DNA of 64,000 nt from Marsupella aquatica. Its lineage: Eukaryota > Plantae > Marchantiophyta. The DNA lies in assembly GCA_973895155.1 (NCBI GenBank), contig OZ316895.1, positions 10,900,184-10,964,183 on the forward strand, read 5' to 3'. The notes beneath the pieces were generated by a model that saw only the letters and a list, made by a program, of their open reading frames with translations, had not been told where the DNA came from and searched no databases. Of this stretch, positions 25,991-40,500 are shown piece by piece; positions within the stretch are counted from its first letter, which is position 1; each line of letters begins with the position of its first letter. A program made the translations under genes and the position numbers.

Positions 25991-28900
25991 GTGAACTACA
26001 ATCCTAACTGTAAAGTGCCTTATCCGCAATGGATAAGGAATACACGTCAAGAGAATATTTATGTTGTCCTCAGCCTCTCAAAACTGGTTATCCTCTCAAA
26101 AAAGGGACACCTCTGGACCAATGAGAAACATTATCCTTTCGGAGGAGTTTTAGGGCGGCTTTACAACACAACAAGGGCCTACTATCTCTTTAAAATCCAG
26201 TTAAGATTAGATTCGGACTACATAATGACCCAAACAGTTAAAGCCGGTTGTGGGGCCCGCTCACCTATGGTGTGATTGGTGCCTACTTTGGACATGGCAA
26301 GTAGCGGGCCCAACTAAATGTTGTTGTGGAATATATTTTTTGTCTAGAATTGTAGACATGTCCAAACTTTGGCTCCTCCATGCAATGGGTTTGCATTATT
26401 GAAGTTCATCTGAAAAGATTTTTGATGTGTTAGTCTTTTAGGCCACATAGTGGTTGGTTGTGCCCTTTGGGTTGTGGGGTTTCTTTTGGGTTTTGGTACT
26501 CTTCGGCCTTCTCTGGGCTTTTCCCCCTCCCTTTTCCCTTTTACTGGGTTGCTTTGCCTTTGGGGACCCTGTCTCCCGTTTTGGCAACTTTGTGCTTTTT
26601 GCACTGTTATATATATATATCCCCAGTGTGTCTTTAAAAAAGGAAGTGGCCCTCCAGTTTGGCTGTGTGGGGGGGGGAGAGTCACAAGTGCCCAAGATCT
26701 TGTAAAGTTACCTTTATATCCACATTATTACCTTTTATTTCATAAAGCAATTTGTGGTCCCAAACCTTTAGCCTTTTATTTTTTTGGATCATCTTGAGGA
26801 TGAGCTAAAAAATGGTTCTCAACATTACTCGGATAGTCACTTTTTCTAACACGCATTGCATGCCTCTAAGTAAAGGATTTTTAATTTGATTTTGAGGAAA
26901 ATTTGTTCAAGAACTTTAGAGGCCAAGAGTTAAATCCAGCAACTAATACGAATAAGGAATTTTCAATTTATGTTGTAAGTTTAGGGTGGGCAAACCGGCA
27001 TCATCTGTAGTAAGTGACATATGTCATTTTTCAGCTGGTCCATATGTCACCACCTAGAGTACTGTTTAGGGAAAACTAAGGGGTGAAATTGGGGTTCCAT
27101 GGCAGATTTTGAGGGCCTGATCCTGCTAGACTTCTTTTGATTTTACTCTTTTGTACTTTGTGTGGCCTTTCTTGGTGTCTTGGTACTTTCCCTGTCTCTT
27201 TCTATGTATAAAACACTGCCAAAGAACCAAAGGCAACTACCAAGGAGATAGGATCACAAGGAAGAAAATCAATAAAGGTGGAAAACAAAGAAACCCAAAG
27301 GAAAAGCCCAGGAAGACCAACAGGCCAAAAAGCCTAAGGGCCCACAAGCCTGAGAGTCTTAAACAACTACAAAAGAACTAAGGCCTGGTTGAGCCACCGG
27401 GCTCAAAATTCTCATATATGGGTACTTTTCCTTACTCTGTACAGCGATGTCTCTTTCATTTAAAAGATAATAACTAAAAGGAACACAAACAATAAAGTGC
27501 ATATGTAATAATTAGCTAGAAAATAGCCCATGATTTCCCGTGCTCAAATTGTTAATGACTACTCCTCGAGTCTCATCTGTTTATCATCGAGACCACGTAT
27601 GGTGTCCAGAGTTGAGCATTGGTGTAGCAGCATTCCGTGCTAACAAACTTACTAGTCATGCAGCCATCACTTCACTTATCAAGAAATCTGGACAGGCAAG
27701 GCAAAATAAAATAAAATGCAATAGTCGAGCATATGGGTAGGGCCTATCACAAACAGATATCCAAGCCTGATTATGTCCAGGTACAACTATAAAAAAGCCT
27801 AACCAACTGTGGCAAGTAACAAACCAATTTTATAACAGGAAATCTTGTATGGAACACATGCTACTGGTGGGTAATCAGTTTTACTTCATTGTGCTGTCAT
27901 AATATTGTGCCCAGGTATTTATAGCAGGATAACCTTTTTTGGATAGTAATTATGCATGAAAACCTATGTCTGAACAGGGTTTAAATGTTAGGAAGCAATT
28001 TGGTTCGATAGATTTCCCTTTTTTGGATAATAATTATGCATGAAAACCTATGTTTGAACAGGGGTTATATGTTAAGAAGTGATTTGGTTGGACAGACTTC
28101 CCTCCTGTTACATTGACCCCACCCCCTATTTCTGGAGCTCACAGTCCTTCAGGCCTTTGAGGATCAGTTTCCCTTTTAATAAGGGAGAAGAAGTATACTG
28201 CATATCTGTATATAAGGAAGGGAAAATTTAGAAAATAGATATCAAGATAGAGCAAAGTCTAGGAGAGCAAGATCGCAAACATTCAGAGGGCATCAGGACA
28301 GCAAGATCATAATCATTCAGAGGGCAGCAAAAAAACAAAAAAAAATCAATACAAAGGATGCACCTTGCATAAGGCACATTGAAAAATGCATAACCAACAA
28401 TCTGAGACAATGGATGGAGTGAAGTTGCCATATGGCATCTACAACTATAATAAGTGATCCCGTTTCTTTTTGTCCTTTGTCCCGTTATGAAATCCAGAAT
28501 CAACAGGAATAAAACCGGCTGTGAGATATTGTAGAGGATTATCATATCCATTTGATTAGCACTTGCCGTCCCTGGCAAGGCCTCCCAGCCCGTGCCTTCA
28601 TTATGGACCCCCTTGCAATATACGTATACGGGCATCAATGCTCGCAATGCCTCGCCGGCCCTCACGATGCCTTGCCCTGATGCCCTTTCTCGCTCTCCCC
28701 TCGATCCCGATGCGCTCGACCCTGCCTCTGGCCCCCGGCCCGACTCTCTATGGGCCGGTCCTCATTGCTCATTGTAATCAAAAAGGTTTCAGCCTTCCAG
28801 CATGGGCAGGTAAAGCCCAGTGTGAGGTGGGTGCTTGAACTGCAGGAGAACTACCTTAGCAATCCACACCCTTATATGTCTAAGTGGCAAATACTTGTCA

Positions 28901-29789
28901 GACTCCTCCATAAATATCCTTTGCCACCTATGCTAAATTTGCCAGCAAAATATTGTATGCATGAGCCACAGTCACTCCTTCCTCCAGGCTTGAGCCCTAA
29001 ACTCCTAGTAATTCTAGGGAGATCTGGCAGTAGAAATTTAGGGCCGTCTTGCATGTCCAAGGTCCTTTAATTTTTGGCCCTCAAATGAACCCGTGGCATC
29101 ATTCTCTAAACGAAGTGACAAGCCGGCAGTCCTGATGGCGTCTTTGGAGGATATGCAAGGGCAAGGGCGGAAATTTTCTGGCCCTTGAGGTCCCAAACTT
29201 TGAACTTTGAATTAAACAAAATGGCAGTAGATCCCCGACTCAATAAGCACTTCACACATAAGGGGTTCTTGATTGGGTTTAGATCCTGGGTCCACACTTT
29301 TTCCCGACATCTGTGGGCTGCTAAGGGTCCCATTTTTCAGGACTCTTGCACATGCAAGACAGCCCTTAATCTAGAAGGTTTGGATCCTAAAACTTTCACC
29401 ACCTGGCTGGCTTACCCAAAGGTTGATTCAAGTCCTTTCGGCCCCGGGATCAGGATGACTCCCGGAGTGTTTTTTATCTTGGCAAAATTCTTACCCAACA
29501 TTTGGGTTGGCTACAAATGCTAGATTCCATCTCTCTCAAAAATCTTCACCACTTTTGGCGAAAACTCCTTTGTTGTCCTCCATTAACCAGTCTCCCAATG
29601 AGCCAGACCCTAATAGCCAGAATCTAACAGCCGTCCTCAAATCTAGGGACATTTGACACTCAAAAACTAAAATAGGAAAATCAGATAAGCAATAATTCCT
29701 AGCATCTTCTCCTTTTAAACTCAAGGTCAATACGCCACGCTGGCGAAAAGAAAAACCCTAAAAAAAAATTAAAGTCAAATTGTGTGCAC

Positions 29790-30180
29790 ACAACAACTCC
29801 GAGACTCGCATTAGCAAAAAGAAAACCCTTAAAAATTAAGCTGGTGCTCACTCAACAACTCAGGGAAAACACCCTTCATTAAAAATTAAGCTGGTGCCAA
29901 CTCAACAACTCAGAAAAAGAAAAACCCTGAGTCATTAAAAATTAAGCTGGTGCCCACAACTCAGAAAGAGAAAACTCCTTCATTAAAACTGAAGCCGGTG
30001 CCCACTCAACAACTCCGGAAAAGAAAAACACCCCATTAAATATTAAGCTGGTGCTCCACTCAACAACTCAGGAAAAGAAAAACACTCCATTAAATATTAA
30101 GCTTGGTGCTGCACTCAACAACGAGGAAGAAGGAAAACCCAGAACAAATAATCTGGTGCCCATGCAACAACTCAGAGCCA
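29790..30180. repeat. Minisatellite, ~55-60 bp x ~7
   Basis: Recurring caacaactc...aaaacacccc...attaa(a/t)attaagctggtgc. Confidence 0.85.
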
Positions 30181-30438
30181 ACAGCAAAACAAGCCAAGAA
30201 TTAAAGCGTCGATGCAAACGAGGGAGGAGCAGGGAGGACTGGAGGAGGGGCAGGAGGGGAGTTCCAGACAGAGGCGCAACATTGTGCGCTCAACACGTGG
30301 GTAGTTACTAAATCCACATCAGTCATCTTTTCGCCTTTTCCTCTACTGGGCACTGAGAATAAGCCACAACACTATGTCTACCTATTGTTGTGCTCTGCTC
30401 TGCTGCCACATAGCTTCCAACCCACCCTCCAAACTCCT

Positions 30439-30471
30439 CCACTCCACTCCACTCCACTCCACTCCACTCCA
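30439..30471. repeat. (CCACT)n microsatellite
   Basis: Direct reading of the sequence. Confidence 0.9.
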
Positions 30472-33198
30472 GTCCTCGAGCTCTGACCTCACGGGAGTTC
30501 CTGCACCAATTCAATCCGCATTCTGCGGAGGACGACAATCGTTGGTCTTTCTGACCACAAGAGCCGGGCCGACCTCACAGCGGAGCGACCACAAATTGGA
30601 GGGCAAGTGTTGGCTCGCTTCTGGGTGGCGCTGTTCATGGCAGCCACCAAACCTGCCTGGTGTTGCAACATCGGCCCTCCAGAGATGGCTGGCATCATTT
30701 GGGCAGATTCAATGCGCTCTGCGCCCTCTGTGTCTCTCTCGGTCCTAACGCTAAAGTAGTAGTAGTACCACCCGCTCAAGATGGAAGGGCGGAAGGTGGA
30801 GGAGGAGGTCCTCGATCTGGCCGTTTGCATGTTCGTCGTGTTGGGTTCGATTCGACCGCCGTGTGTCTCTCGCTAGACGCCTCGGGCGCCCTCTCCATTC
30901 CACATAGGTCGCGAGACAATGAAGGTCACGTTGATTGTTTGCTCCTCCTTCCATCCTCGTTCGTACAGAATATGGTATCAAGAGTAGGTCCCTCCCTCCC
31001 TCCCTCTGTCCCTCATCGATTGGTCCGGACTTTCACCGCATTTGTCCTTCGCTATTTTCTCGATGTACCAGCAGAATCTGATATTTCGATCCCCTTAGGT
31101 TTTGGGATTCTCTCTACCATCCAATCAGCCCGTCCTCCATACACCGACGAAATCTGGTCTTTCTGTCCTTTAGTTTCGGCATTCGCAGTAGGACCCAATC
31201 AGCCCGTCTTAAACTTTGCCACCTTGACAAATAAAATGCGGTTGGTGGAGTACATGAATTTGCGAGAAAGGTCCTAATTGTTTCAGATTTCGGTCAATAC
31301 ATTGCGTGAAACCAAGGATACCCTGTCTGAAAGGAGTTGGCGTCCAACATCCTGCAGGATATGGCGAAGTGGATATGGTAGGTTCATAAGGAACATGTGT
31401 GAATCTAACTTTAGAGCAATGTCACGTCTTGAGAGGCCATTGATGAAAACTTCGCCTTTTGAGGAAAGCCAATTGATTGGAGGGCTGGGTGTAGTGAGTT
31501 GGTGATAGAATCGCATCCGCGTCTCCTGTGAGGAGGATGCCTGACTCATTTACCAGAGCTTCCATGTAGAGATGCCTAACTCGTGACAAATCTTCTCTGG
31601 GATAGAAAATAAAGCTTTACAAACAGAGAGACCCAGAAGAACGCTTTCAATTCGTTGGGAAGATTTTGTTTTGTCTCTCACAATATGAATCGTCTCATCC
31701 AACCGTCCCAGTTATTGTAATGTATCTCTTACAGGCCTAAATTCTGTCCTGTCCACCAGCAGAACATAGAGGATGGGCCAAAAGTCTGAAAACAGACGAT
31801 CCCAAGATTTATCTTGTGTCAGCTTCTCCATAGGTTTTAGCAGAAATATAAGTTTACTAACTGTTAGTTCTTTGTCAGCTAGAGTAACAATAATAGTTTC
31901 TAGTTTCTCGTTTTCTCCATCATCTCCAGAGCACATCTTTGCTTTTACAGTTATAATCGGACCTTCTTTAATTGATAAATACTGGCTGATTACAATTGAC
32001 AGTCTTTAGACTATTAACTGATTGCACTTTCTAACCGCATTGTTGAGATTAGCACAGCCATGCCAAATTTAGGGTTTAGGGTTTATATAAGTACCTCTAC
32101 TTACCAATTCTCCGTTTGTATCATCTGTATGTAAGAAAATGCTGTTATGAATGATTCCAGTGGGTATCATGGGAAATATTGAAGATCAAACCTTTCAGTT
32201 GAAATCATGGGAAATGAAGATAAAACTTTTCAGTTGAAAACATTTTGAATACAGACGGTGTCAATGAGTGAAGGTGCAAAAGGTGTCACGGGTCTTGGGG
32301 ATTGTATTGGTCAAGCTTGGTCCCTGGGAGCATCAGTGGAATGTTTGCATGGAGTATACATTTATATCTTTTATCTAATTTCTAGAACTACTAGAAGCAC
32401 TTTGCAAGTACAAAACATTTTACCTGCCCCGAGTGTTCTGACACATAACTGTCTGGGTGGGGATTGAACTTGGGACCTTATTCATAGGTCGTAGTTGGTG
32501 ACTGGAAGAAAACAGAGTAGAGCAGACTATAATTCAAGTCAATTCGAAATCCATGGATCCACAATCTAAAGCAGGGACGTAACGCTTATGGTATAACAAA
32601 TAGCACTAAGGAGGGCATATGGCCTCCAACACAAGTACATGTAAGATAAGGGGCGTAATGCTCAAGAGTTGAGAAGGCTATAGAATCTGTGCAAGTTTAA
32701 TATCTCTCCTGACTGTGATCCTCGTGATATCAGCAACAGAAGCCTCGTACCAGCAGCAAATACAAACTGATGAAATTTTCAACATTGACAGTTGTGTGAA
32801 GGACAGCTGGAAATACCTCCAGTAATGGATCGTCAGTGTCTTATACTTTAGCTTGGGATTAGCTTGGGATTGAGGAGAAGTCCATATTGATCATTTACCA
32901 GCCAAGATTACAAATACAGTACAAGACAACAGAGAGTTAGTGAGCCAGTGAGGATTGAGGATTGTGCTCATTGGATGCCGTAGTAGTAGTATTTGTATGC
33001 CATAGTTACAAATATAGTGCAGAGAGAACAGACTTAGTGAGGATTGTGCTTATTGGAAGGCGTAGTAGTAGTATATCTATATGCCTTAGTTGCTGCCTAA
33101 AAGCAAGGGGCTGGTAGCACACGAGAAATCCCTCTACACTTGGTTTTTCGTCTGAAAGAGTAAATGTACGAATTTGGAAATCAAACGTGAGTAAAAGC

Positions 33199-33269
33199 TG
33201 CACTGCCCGGGAATCGAACCCGGGTCTGTACCGTGGCAGGGTACTATTCTACCACTAGACCAGCAGTGC
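33199..33269 (-). tRNA. tRNA-Gly(GCC): tRNA-Gly (anticodon GCC)
   Basis: Minus strand reads GCACTGCTGGTCTAGTGGTAGAATAGTACCCTGCCACGGTACAGACCCGGGTTCGATTCCCGGGCAGTGCA. Full cloverleaf with A/B boxes and TTTT just downstream. Confidence 0.97.
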
Positions 33270-34532
33270 TAACTGTAACGAGGTAGAGAAAACTTATATC
33301 TATAAACTTAGTTTTAGGGCAAACAAGAGAAAAGCTAATAGTAATCAACATAAATTACGTGAAAGGGCATCACAGGTGAGTGCAGAAGATATGAAGACCG
33401 AAGAAGTGCCTAGTTGGCAAGTCAGCTGCGTGCTGGTCAAGGCAAGAAAAGGTGACAGGTCAAACGAGCAGATTATGACAACTTTTCTGAGGTACATGGC
33501 CAGATTCATGATTTGCAATGACGTGTGTGAGGATGGTGATGGACAGGAATTTTGTAGTCCCTTTCACCTGTTCATTGGCGGGAGAAAGTTGTCCATTCTT
33601 GCGATCTTATTCAGCATTCAATTGTCCGGAACAGCTCTTAGTTGAGAACATATGTTACTGATGCAAAGAAACATGGAGTCTTCATCCCTGCACCAAAAAT
33701 AGTATTATGTTTCTGTACATTCAAAAATTTGCTATGGTAGGGGAAATTATGAACGGATTGTCGTTTTTTTTTTTCGAGGAATTTATGTGAAGCTCCCGCA
33801 CTGGGAGGCCGAACACCTTTGTTTGCCCGATATTTGGTCTACCTGATATCCTACACTTCGTCCAAAAACACACAGATAGATCCAATGAACGGAGAGAAAT
33901 CGAAAAGCTGGTACTGTCACCAACATAGTATGCCTTTCGCTGGCGAATTGACAATGGCAATCTATGTACAATATCGGAATGTCCAACTTTGTCTCGAAGG
34001 AAAACACTTAATGCAGGGAGTGGATAGAGAGCTCGAACCGAGCATCTACCTTATTGATAACTGGATCTTAACATATGTTATGCGGGTTTCGAATCCTCGG
34101 CGCTTGCAGCAAAGCCACCCATACAAGCAGGTTGAGAGGATGAAGATGATTAATCAGAGTCCTCACGCAACGGAGAATTAAGTTGACGGGCACACTCGTT
34201 GCAAATCCTGAAATGAGTAACCAAAACTCTGCAAACATCGAGCGCATTTCCACTCCATCTGTGTACTCATCAGCTGCTGTCCAGTACTGTACATGCTGTT
34301 CAAGGACAAAAATCTGGTAAAGTGATGCTGGTCTGGCTTTTGTTCACATTTTCAGATACATACAAGGCACCACAATGGCAGGCATAGCCTCCAGGAGCCA
34401 GTTCTACTTCATGGTTTTTACTAATGCAGAGTGAGGAGGTGCCTTACAGGACAAGGTCCACGGGAGGACGTTGCTTCATCCAATCTCAACGAAATATGAC
34501 TTAGTCAAATATGAGACAATTTAATATCTTAA

Positions 34533-34735
34533 TCCAGCACTGAAAGCTCAATACCTGGCCTTGTCGGAAGCAGCCACTTAAGTCATTTGGCTGAAGAGCC
34601 TCTTAGACCACCTTGGCTTCCCTCGTGAGACTGTCAACCTATTTTGTGAGCGTAGGATCGATCTAGTAACAGCAACTAAACAGCATGAGACAACCAAGGA
34701 CATGAGAATTCAATATCAATTTAGCGGAGAGAATA
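34533..34735 (+). mobile_element. Degenerate Ty1/copia RNase H fragment
   Basis: Translates, with a frameshift and stop, as SSTE/AQYLALSEAAT*VIWLKSLLDHLGFP...HETTKDMRIQYQF. This matches the copia RNase H consensus SSTEAEY.A..EA..E.IWL...H.RTKHI.I.YHF. Confidence 0.75.
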
Positions 34736-35270
34736 CAAACAGATGTCTACTTCGTCATACATATGATGCAGCAGATTACTTTACCGTCTGTTTAGGTTAG
34801 GGTCGTGCACCATGCTTAGGAATAACAAATTTCAAGATTAGATCTCAACAATTCAACAAGGGAACCAAACCCATAAACTGGGAACCCTCTAATTCTTGCC
34901 TTGAGATATATTCGCTGTAAGAACCAATAGCTGTTGACACATTTAAGCACCAAACTAGCCGAAACTTCAGAAATCTTATATCCTTTCACCAGAATCCAAC
35001 TACAATGGACAAATTCCAGTCCAGTGAGTGGACAGCAAGTCGAAACATGCTCGATGACAGATTTTAATGGGGATATTCCGCCCCCAAACCCTATCAGGAA
35101 ATCGGGATTTAATAGAGGTCAAATGGACATGTAAGCCCTGACTCTGCTTACCAACAAATTATCATCCAATTCTTGCATCCTCGAAATAAGCCCTTCGCAG
35201 ATTTGAGCATTAAACTTTCCTTAAAGCGGTTTGGCAGTTTAAGTTGCAGTACTCTTCAATGCAACAAAAC

Positions 35271-35672
35271 TCACCAAATCCCAGAAGTGATGACATTCCT
35301 TGGGACGCGACTTTTGAAAGTCATTGAGCAGCCCAAAACAATTTGAGGAAGAACAAAAGCAAGTGGTTCAAATAGGTCGAAATTCCCATGAATAGCTACT
35401 CCTCTCCAGGTAGTTGGCCACGATGACCAGCGAGAGATACTTCGATCTGAAAACTGGGTCATCTCCGTCGAATTGAGTGTGGTAGAATCTTTGCTGCCGC
35501 TAGTTCGTTCGGCGTCGTTCCTGCCGCTCTTTTTCCGGTCATTCTTGCAGCGATCGCTGCACGTTAGAACCTCATCCCAGCATCTCTCCCACTTCTTCCG
35601 CCATGTGAAAGGCCGATTACACACGACACAAATCTTCGAAGGCAGATTCTCTTTCTTCACTCCACGCGGCAT
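35271..35672 (-). CDS. DUF2256 domain protein (Cys-rich, putative Zn-binding)
   Basis: ATG at 35672, [43 protein letters not shown]. Matches the recalled DUF2256 signature LP.K.C..C.RPF.WRKKW...W.EV.YCS..C. The C-terminal extent is uncertain. Confidence 0.85.
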   Translation of the reverse strand: MPRGVKKENLPSKICVVCNRPFTWRKKWERCWDEVLTCSDRCKNDRKKSGRNDAERTSGSKDSTTLNSTEMTQFSDRSISRWSSWPTTWRGVAIHGNFDLFEPLAFVLPQIVLGCSMTFKSRVPRNVITSGIW

Positions 35673-37553
35673 CCTCGATCTCTGGAATTCCAAGATGCTC
35701 TGCACCGTGCAGCACTCTTGCGCCACACTGAAGTGAAGCTCTAATACACTAGCACTGTTGACAGTTCAGCCCAATTGAGACTATATCCAGTATATTCGTA
35801 TGGATCGACCCCCACGGTTCAGCTCAAGAAACCCTATTCGAGCCATACATGCCTTTACATTTGCTGAAAGGAGTCAGTAGATTCACGTGTTTGGAGCAGA
35901 ATCGCAGAAGAAATCTCAATTTCGAAGTCGACGATCTGGCCCAGACCGTTGAAGAATCTTCAGTGCATTTGGGTAGCTTTGATAAAACTAGTGCCTACAC
36001 TGAAACCATGCTCGGTTTGTATGTTCTTGAGTGATCTCTCTGTCTATCCTTCCATGTCACCCCCACATCAATTTTATTAGGCTTTATCCGCTGTCTGCTT
36101 TTGCTACCCTATCCGGAGCCGTGACGAAGTCGAACATCTACCACAAAGCTTTCAATTTGTTTTGTCCATTCATTTGGGATCATGTTTTATCTGAATGTTG
36201 TCATCATGAAGACCCCATTCTGTGCAAGTCTGTTGCCGTATCAAGGTCAGGTATCACATTCTTGTTGTCCAGAAGGCTCTTGTTGTCCAGAAGGAAATTT
36301 TGCAACTTGATGATTAATCATAGTCGATTCTTTTCCCTTGCAACTTACACTCATTCCATAAAATAAAACAGAATCCAGTGAGGGGACAGGTCACAAAGGA
36401 GCATGATTGGTCGATTCTTAGAAGATCTATGCTTCATTTCTCAAGTATGCCTCACACTCTAAGAAGTATATGCATAGGATGGATATAGCATTACTAAAGC
36501 GTGAAAGGGAATATCAATGAGGTTTGAGTACTATCGAGAGCTCCCAGGGAAGGTCTTAAATGCATACAAGACACTGTTGAACTGAGAGACTTCCCCCCTA
36601 AAGCTGTCTAGACTGCATGGAAATGTAAAACAAGTGTAGAACTTCACTCCTGTAGTTTACTTGCATAGGGCGTGCTCCCCTACCTACTGTACTACTACGG
36701 TGGATTAGCACTCTGGTTAGCTCCCTTAGAGATCTACTGTACGGACCCGGCACTGCTGTTTTCTGGAAGATCATCCTTTCGACCTACTCATGATCTTTCT
36801 CACCTCTCATCTCTGAATTCGCTGGGTTTAATGTTCTAACTTGTGAATCTACAGCCCATAACTCAGGACAGATACTCGCATCGCTGAATCCGCTCAAAAT
36901 TCTTTCCTGACAACTTACTCTGTTTGATCGGCTGGTGGCCACGCTTCCCTTGATGCAGCTGCTCGACTTGCAACTACAGCCGGGCCATTGAACATGCAAG
37001 GACTCTCTAGAGCAAATTTTTCAAAATCAAGTAAAGATTGTTGAAAGTTCAAGAGGCTGTAATTGGGTCACCTCACATCGTCCTCTCTATTGGTTCATCT
37101 GCACGCGACAATCAAACTGGGTTTTTCTGGGCAGCAGAAACAATTAAATCGGGTTCAACATATAAATAGTCGATTACAGATTTATCAGTTTCTCATGACT
37201 CTGGCTCTTCAGCCGAGAAACGAACCAGATCAAAACGTATGTAGTCAAAACAATTATAAGCACCGCAGTAGAACAATTACAGTCCCTATATATAGATCAA
37301 TATGCAACCTGGCTTGCGCTGACTGTCCAGCCCACAAACGCTGTTACAACTGCTTAGCGTCCCAACACAGTTTTTCAGGCGTGGTGGCACATTAGGCCAG
37401 TATGATCAGTCTCATTCGTACTGCAAGACTATGAGCTACTATTCGATTACTTTCAGTACGGAGATACGGAAGGTCTGCGCCCTTCTGAGACCTCTACAGT
37501 ACTATAAACTTGTCTCTACTACAGTACAATAATGTAAACGTTCTGTTTTTCAG

Positions 37554-40500
37554 TTACATGGTAGTCATGTTCACGGAATTCATGTGGTAGACGTCCAAGC
37601 TCTTGACGTTGATGGGAGTGGTTCCGTTGTTGAAGAGAAAGAGACGCACTCTCGAGCCAATGGCCAATGTCGGGTAGACTCGCGATGTGATTGCAAACCT
37701 ACCGCCTTGCACAAATGTTTCAACGATCGAATGATCAACCTGCATATACACACAAAACGGGTTGATTATTTCGTAATGTAAAGACAAGCTGTGCATTTCA
37801 TTAACCAACACCCTACTCAAGACTCTGGTTCTAGTGTCCGTTGTTTTTTGGTTTTTGCATGGTACCAACTTGATCCTACTTAATATTTCACTGTCAGTTG
37901 ACCAACCGACATCTGCAATAGATTGCCACGCTTTAGACAAGGACTTGGAGTTGCGAGCCATTTACTTTCTGACTAGGCCAAGTAAGAATTTATAAGTACA
38001 GAATTATTTGTAACAATTACTGATCTTTTGATGCTAACTCTAGATGTAATTGAGTTGCGGTGCGACTCACGGTGAACCAATCGCCATTGAACCTGAAGGT
38101 CAAGCCCCAGCCGGGAAAAGGGAGATTGCAAGCCAAGAGTGAGGGCACGATACTGTGTGTTGAACATTATAAATATGGAGCGTGAGGGTAAGGGTTTAGC
38201 GAGTACTCACAAGGATTCGTAAGGATAGTTCATCCTCTTCCGGCAGGAGTGTGACATAGCTTCCGTAAACAGTTTTGTCCAAGTCTGATGCCAGTGACGA
38301 CCTGCAATGTGATCACAATTCCATTATTTTTCATTGGGACAGTTCAGTTCATGGGAGACTAAAGCTCTACATAAGATTCCCCCAGACTACGAATTATAAG
38401 AAAGCAAGTGTTTTCAAACCGGGGAGAGATCAATCCAACCAAGCATTTCAGTGAAATTAAACTTAGATTCGCCTTCCTGACTTCACAATAACGCCTAGAC
38501 TGACGGAAGAATCCTCCTCATGTGAACTCAGCCTTCTACATTTCTAGTCGAAGGCTGAGTTGATCGTCAATGTTCATTTACATAACGACTAAGTAGCACC
38601 CTAAAACGGGATCCAAATCTACTGATTGTAGAAGTCCCCCAATCAAATTACTTTCACACAATTATGCACCGACTTATTATTTCGTAGTCAATAATGTTGG
38701 CTGGACCCATACCAGAAATAAAGAAAGATAAAACAAACGAGACAAACTTTGATTCTACACAAATTCCACTGAAAATTTTAAACAGGGTGTCGATTCGCCA
38801 TCGCGACTCCATGCAAAGCAAACTCCACTGGAGTAGTACGTTTCAATCACAGGAAGATCAGAGAGTGCATGTTAGAAAGCTGGTTTGTACATAATAATAA
38901 TAATTCTCACCTGCTCTGGTCGCTGCAGGCTAGAGTGGCCCATCTCCCATCGTTCAAAAGCGAGATATAGAAGAACACACCCGTGTGCTCAATCAGCTTC
39001 TCATCTGCGTGGACGAGCAGTCCGAACGGACCGTAGACACCTCTATGACCCGACCCTCCCTGGTCACAGTCGAAATCTACCGGCTCCGGCTCCCCGTGTA
39101 CGTTGCTGGTATCCGGCCTCTCAAACACGACGACGATGTCCAACTGCATGTACAGCCCACATTTGAGAGCGTGAGTTTCCAATTATGCTCGATGAAGTTA
39201 ATATTGGAGAGTCACAAGACGTGGGTCACAATCCGTTGTAACAGCTAAAATTTCTATATTGCGACTAAGTTTACTGGTCATAAGTCGTAGGTCTGCACAT
39301 GACCTAAACGTTATCCTCGAGATCTTAAACTAGAGGGCTTCAACCAATTATCGTCTTAAAACCAGATGGAAGTACGGCGGATTGCTGAAGCTAAGCCATA
39401 AGCCCAGAACTCTCGAGTCTCGACACTGGTCTTGATGACAGCTTCTGTACAGTATTGATATAACAACAATCAGGAAGTTTCCGCGCAAGTCGTGTCAGTC
39501 ATGGACCAAATGTTCTTATTGTCTTTGTACCCACGCTGGATCGGTACATCGAGGACGGGACTTTGAAGTTGGACTGGTACCGGAGGCGCTATCAACATCA
39601 TACTACTGTAGTATTACCAGCACGTTGTGCCATATGGTGCCACTCGTACAGCAGAATTGATATAAGTCCAACAGATTGAGCAGACCGAAACTAAGTCCTC
39701 CTTTGTCCTCGATGGGTTGAAGTACAAGCTTGCAATTCCGAAACAGGGGATTCTTCTTTCTTCGAACAATCAGCTCAGGGGTAGTTCCGGAGCCGAGACT
39801 GCCATGGTTGAAATTACCTGCTATATCGATGTAGACCCGCTGTCCTGCTTGGGGAGAACGCTTCTATTAAGTTCAAACGTAACTATATTGCTACACATCC
39901 GAGACTACTCCAGCGGGTGTGAGATTACTTCTGTGGAGGTACAGGTCATGGTTAAGGATATAATTGTACATGTACATAGGTTCTATTGTATTTGAGATCA
40001 CAGGTGTTGTTCATCCACAGAAGAGCTCTGTCGAGTAAAACTTACAGTAGATGGACGAAGTATATCTCGTGGATCGGGTCACAATCGTAGATCCACAGCC
40101 GCTGGGACAGTCTTAGCAGCGGCTCTAGATTTTTAAAAGTGGGCTAGACGGCAGCTTGTCAAGCCAGCAGCTAGGCAGATGGCGTGCCACAAGCGAGTTA
40201 ATTTAGAGAAACGAACCTGGGCGAGTGTGAGTCATGTTTGTGTTTACCTGATTTCCATTCCCTCCCACTACCTCGATAGCGTCTGTTGGCTGCAGCTTAA
40301 TATCTCGATGACTCGTCTTTTCTCCACGAAGTGCCTCCACTTCCTCAACCGGCCATTGCAGCAAATTTGTGGACGTCATGCCATCCAGCCACAACACCCT
40401 GGGAATCGCCTGTTTAGCCACTCCAGAATATGAGTACAGCCATCATCATCATTTATATATGATATAATCAGTCTAGAACGGATCAAACTACGTGCCCTGC

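Noticed and set aside
28780-29730. Possible decayed LINE fragment
   Set aside because: Broken frames with no convincing RT or endonuclease motif.
30374-32050. GC-rich ORFs (205 and 124 aa), short minus ORFs and a PBS-like tggtatcaagag at ~30972
   Set aside because: No recognisable domain, coherent splice model or LTR pair. It may be a promoter or relic but cannot be supported.
32440-32480. B-box-like gggattgaacttggg (tRNA-derived SINE?)
   Set aside because: No A box, cloverleaf or TSD visible.
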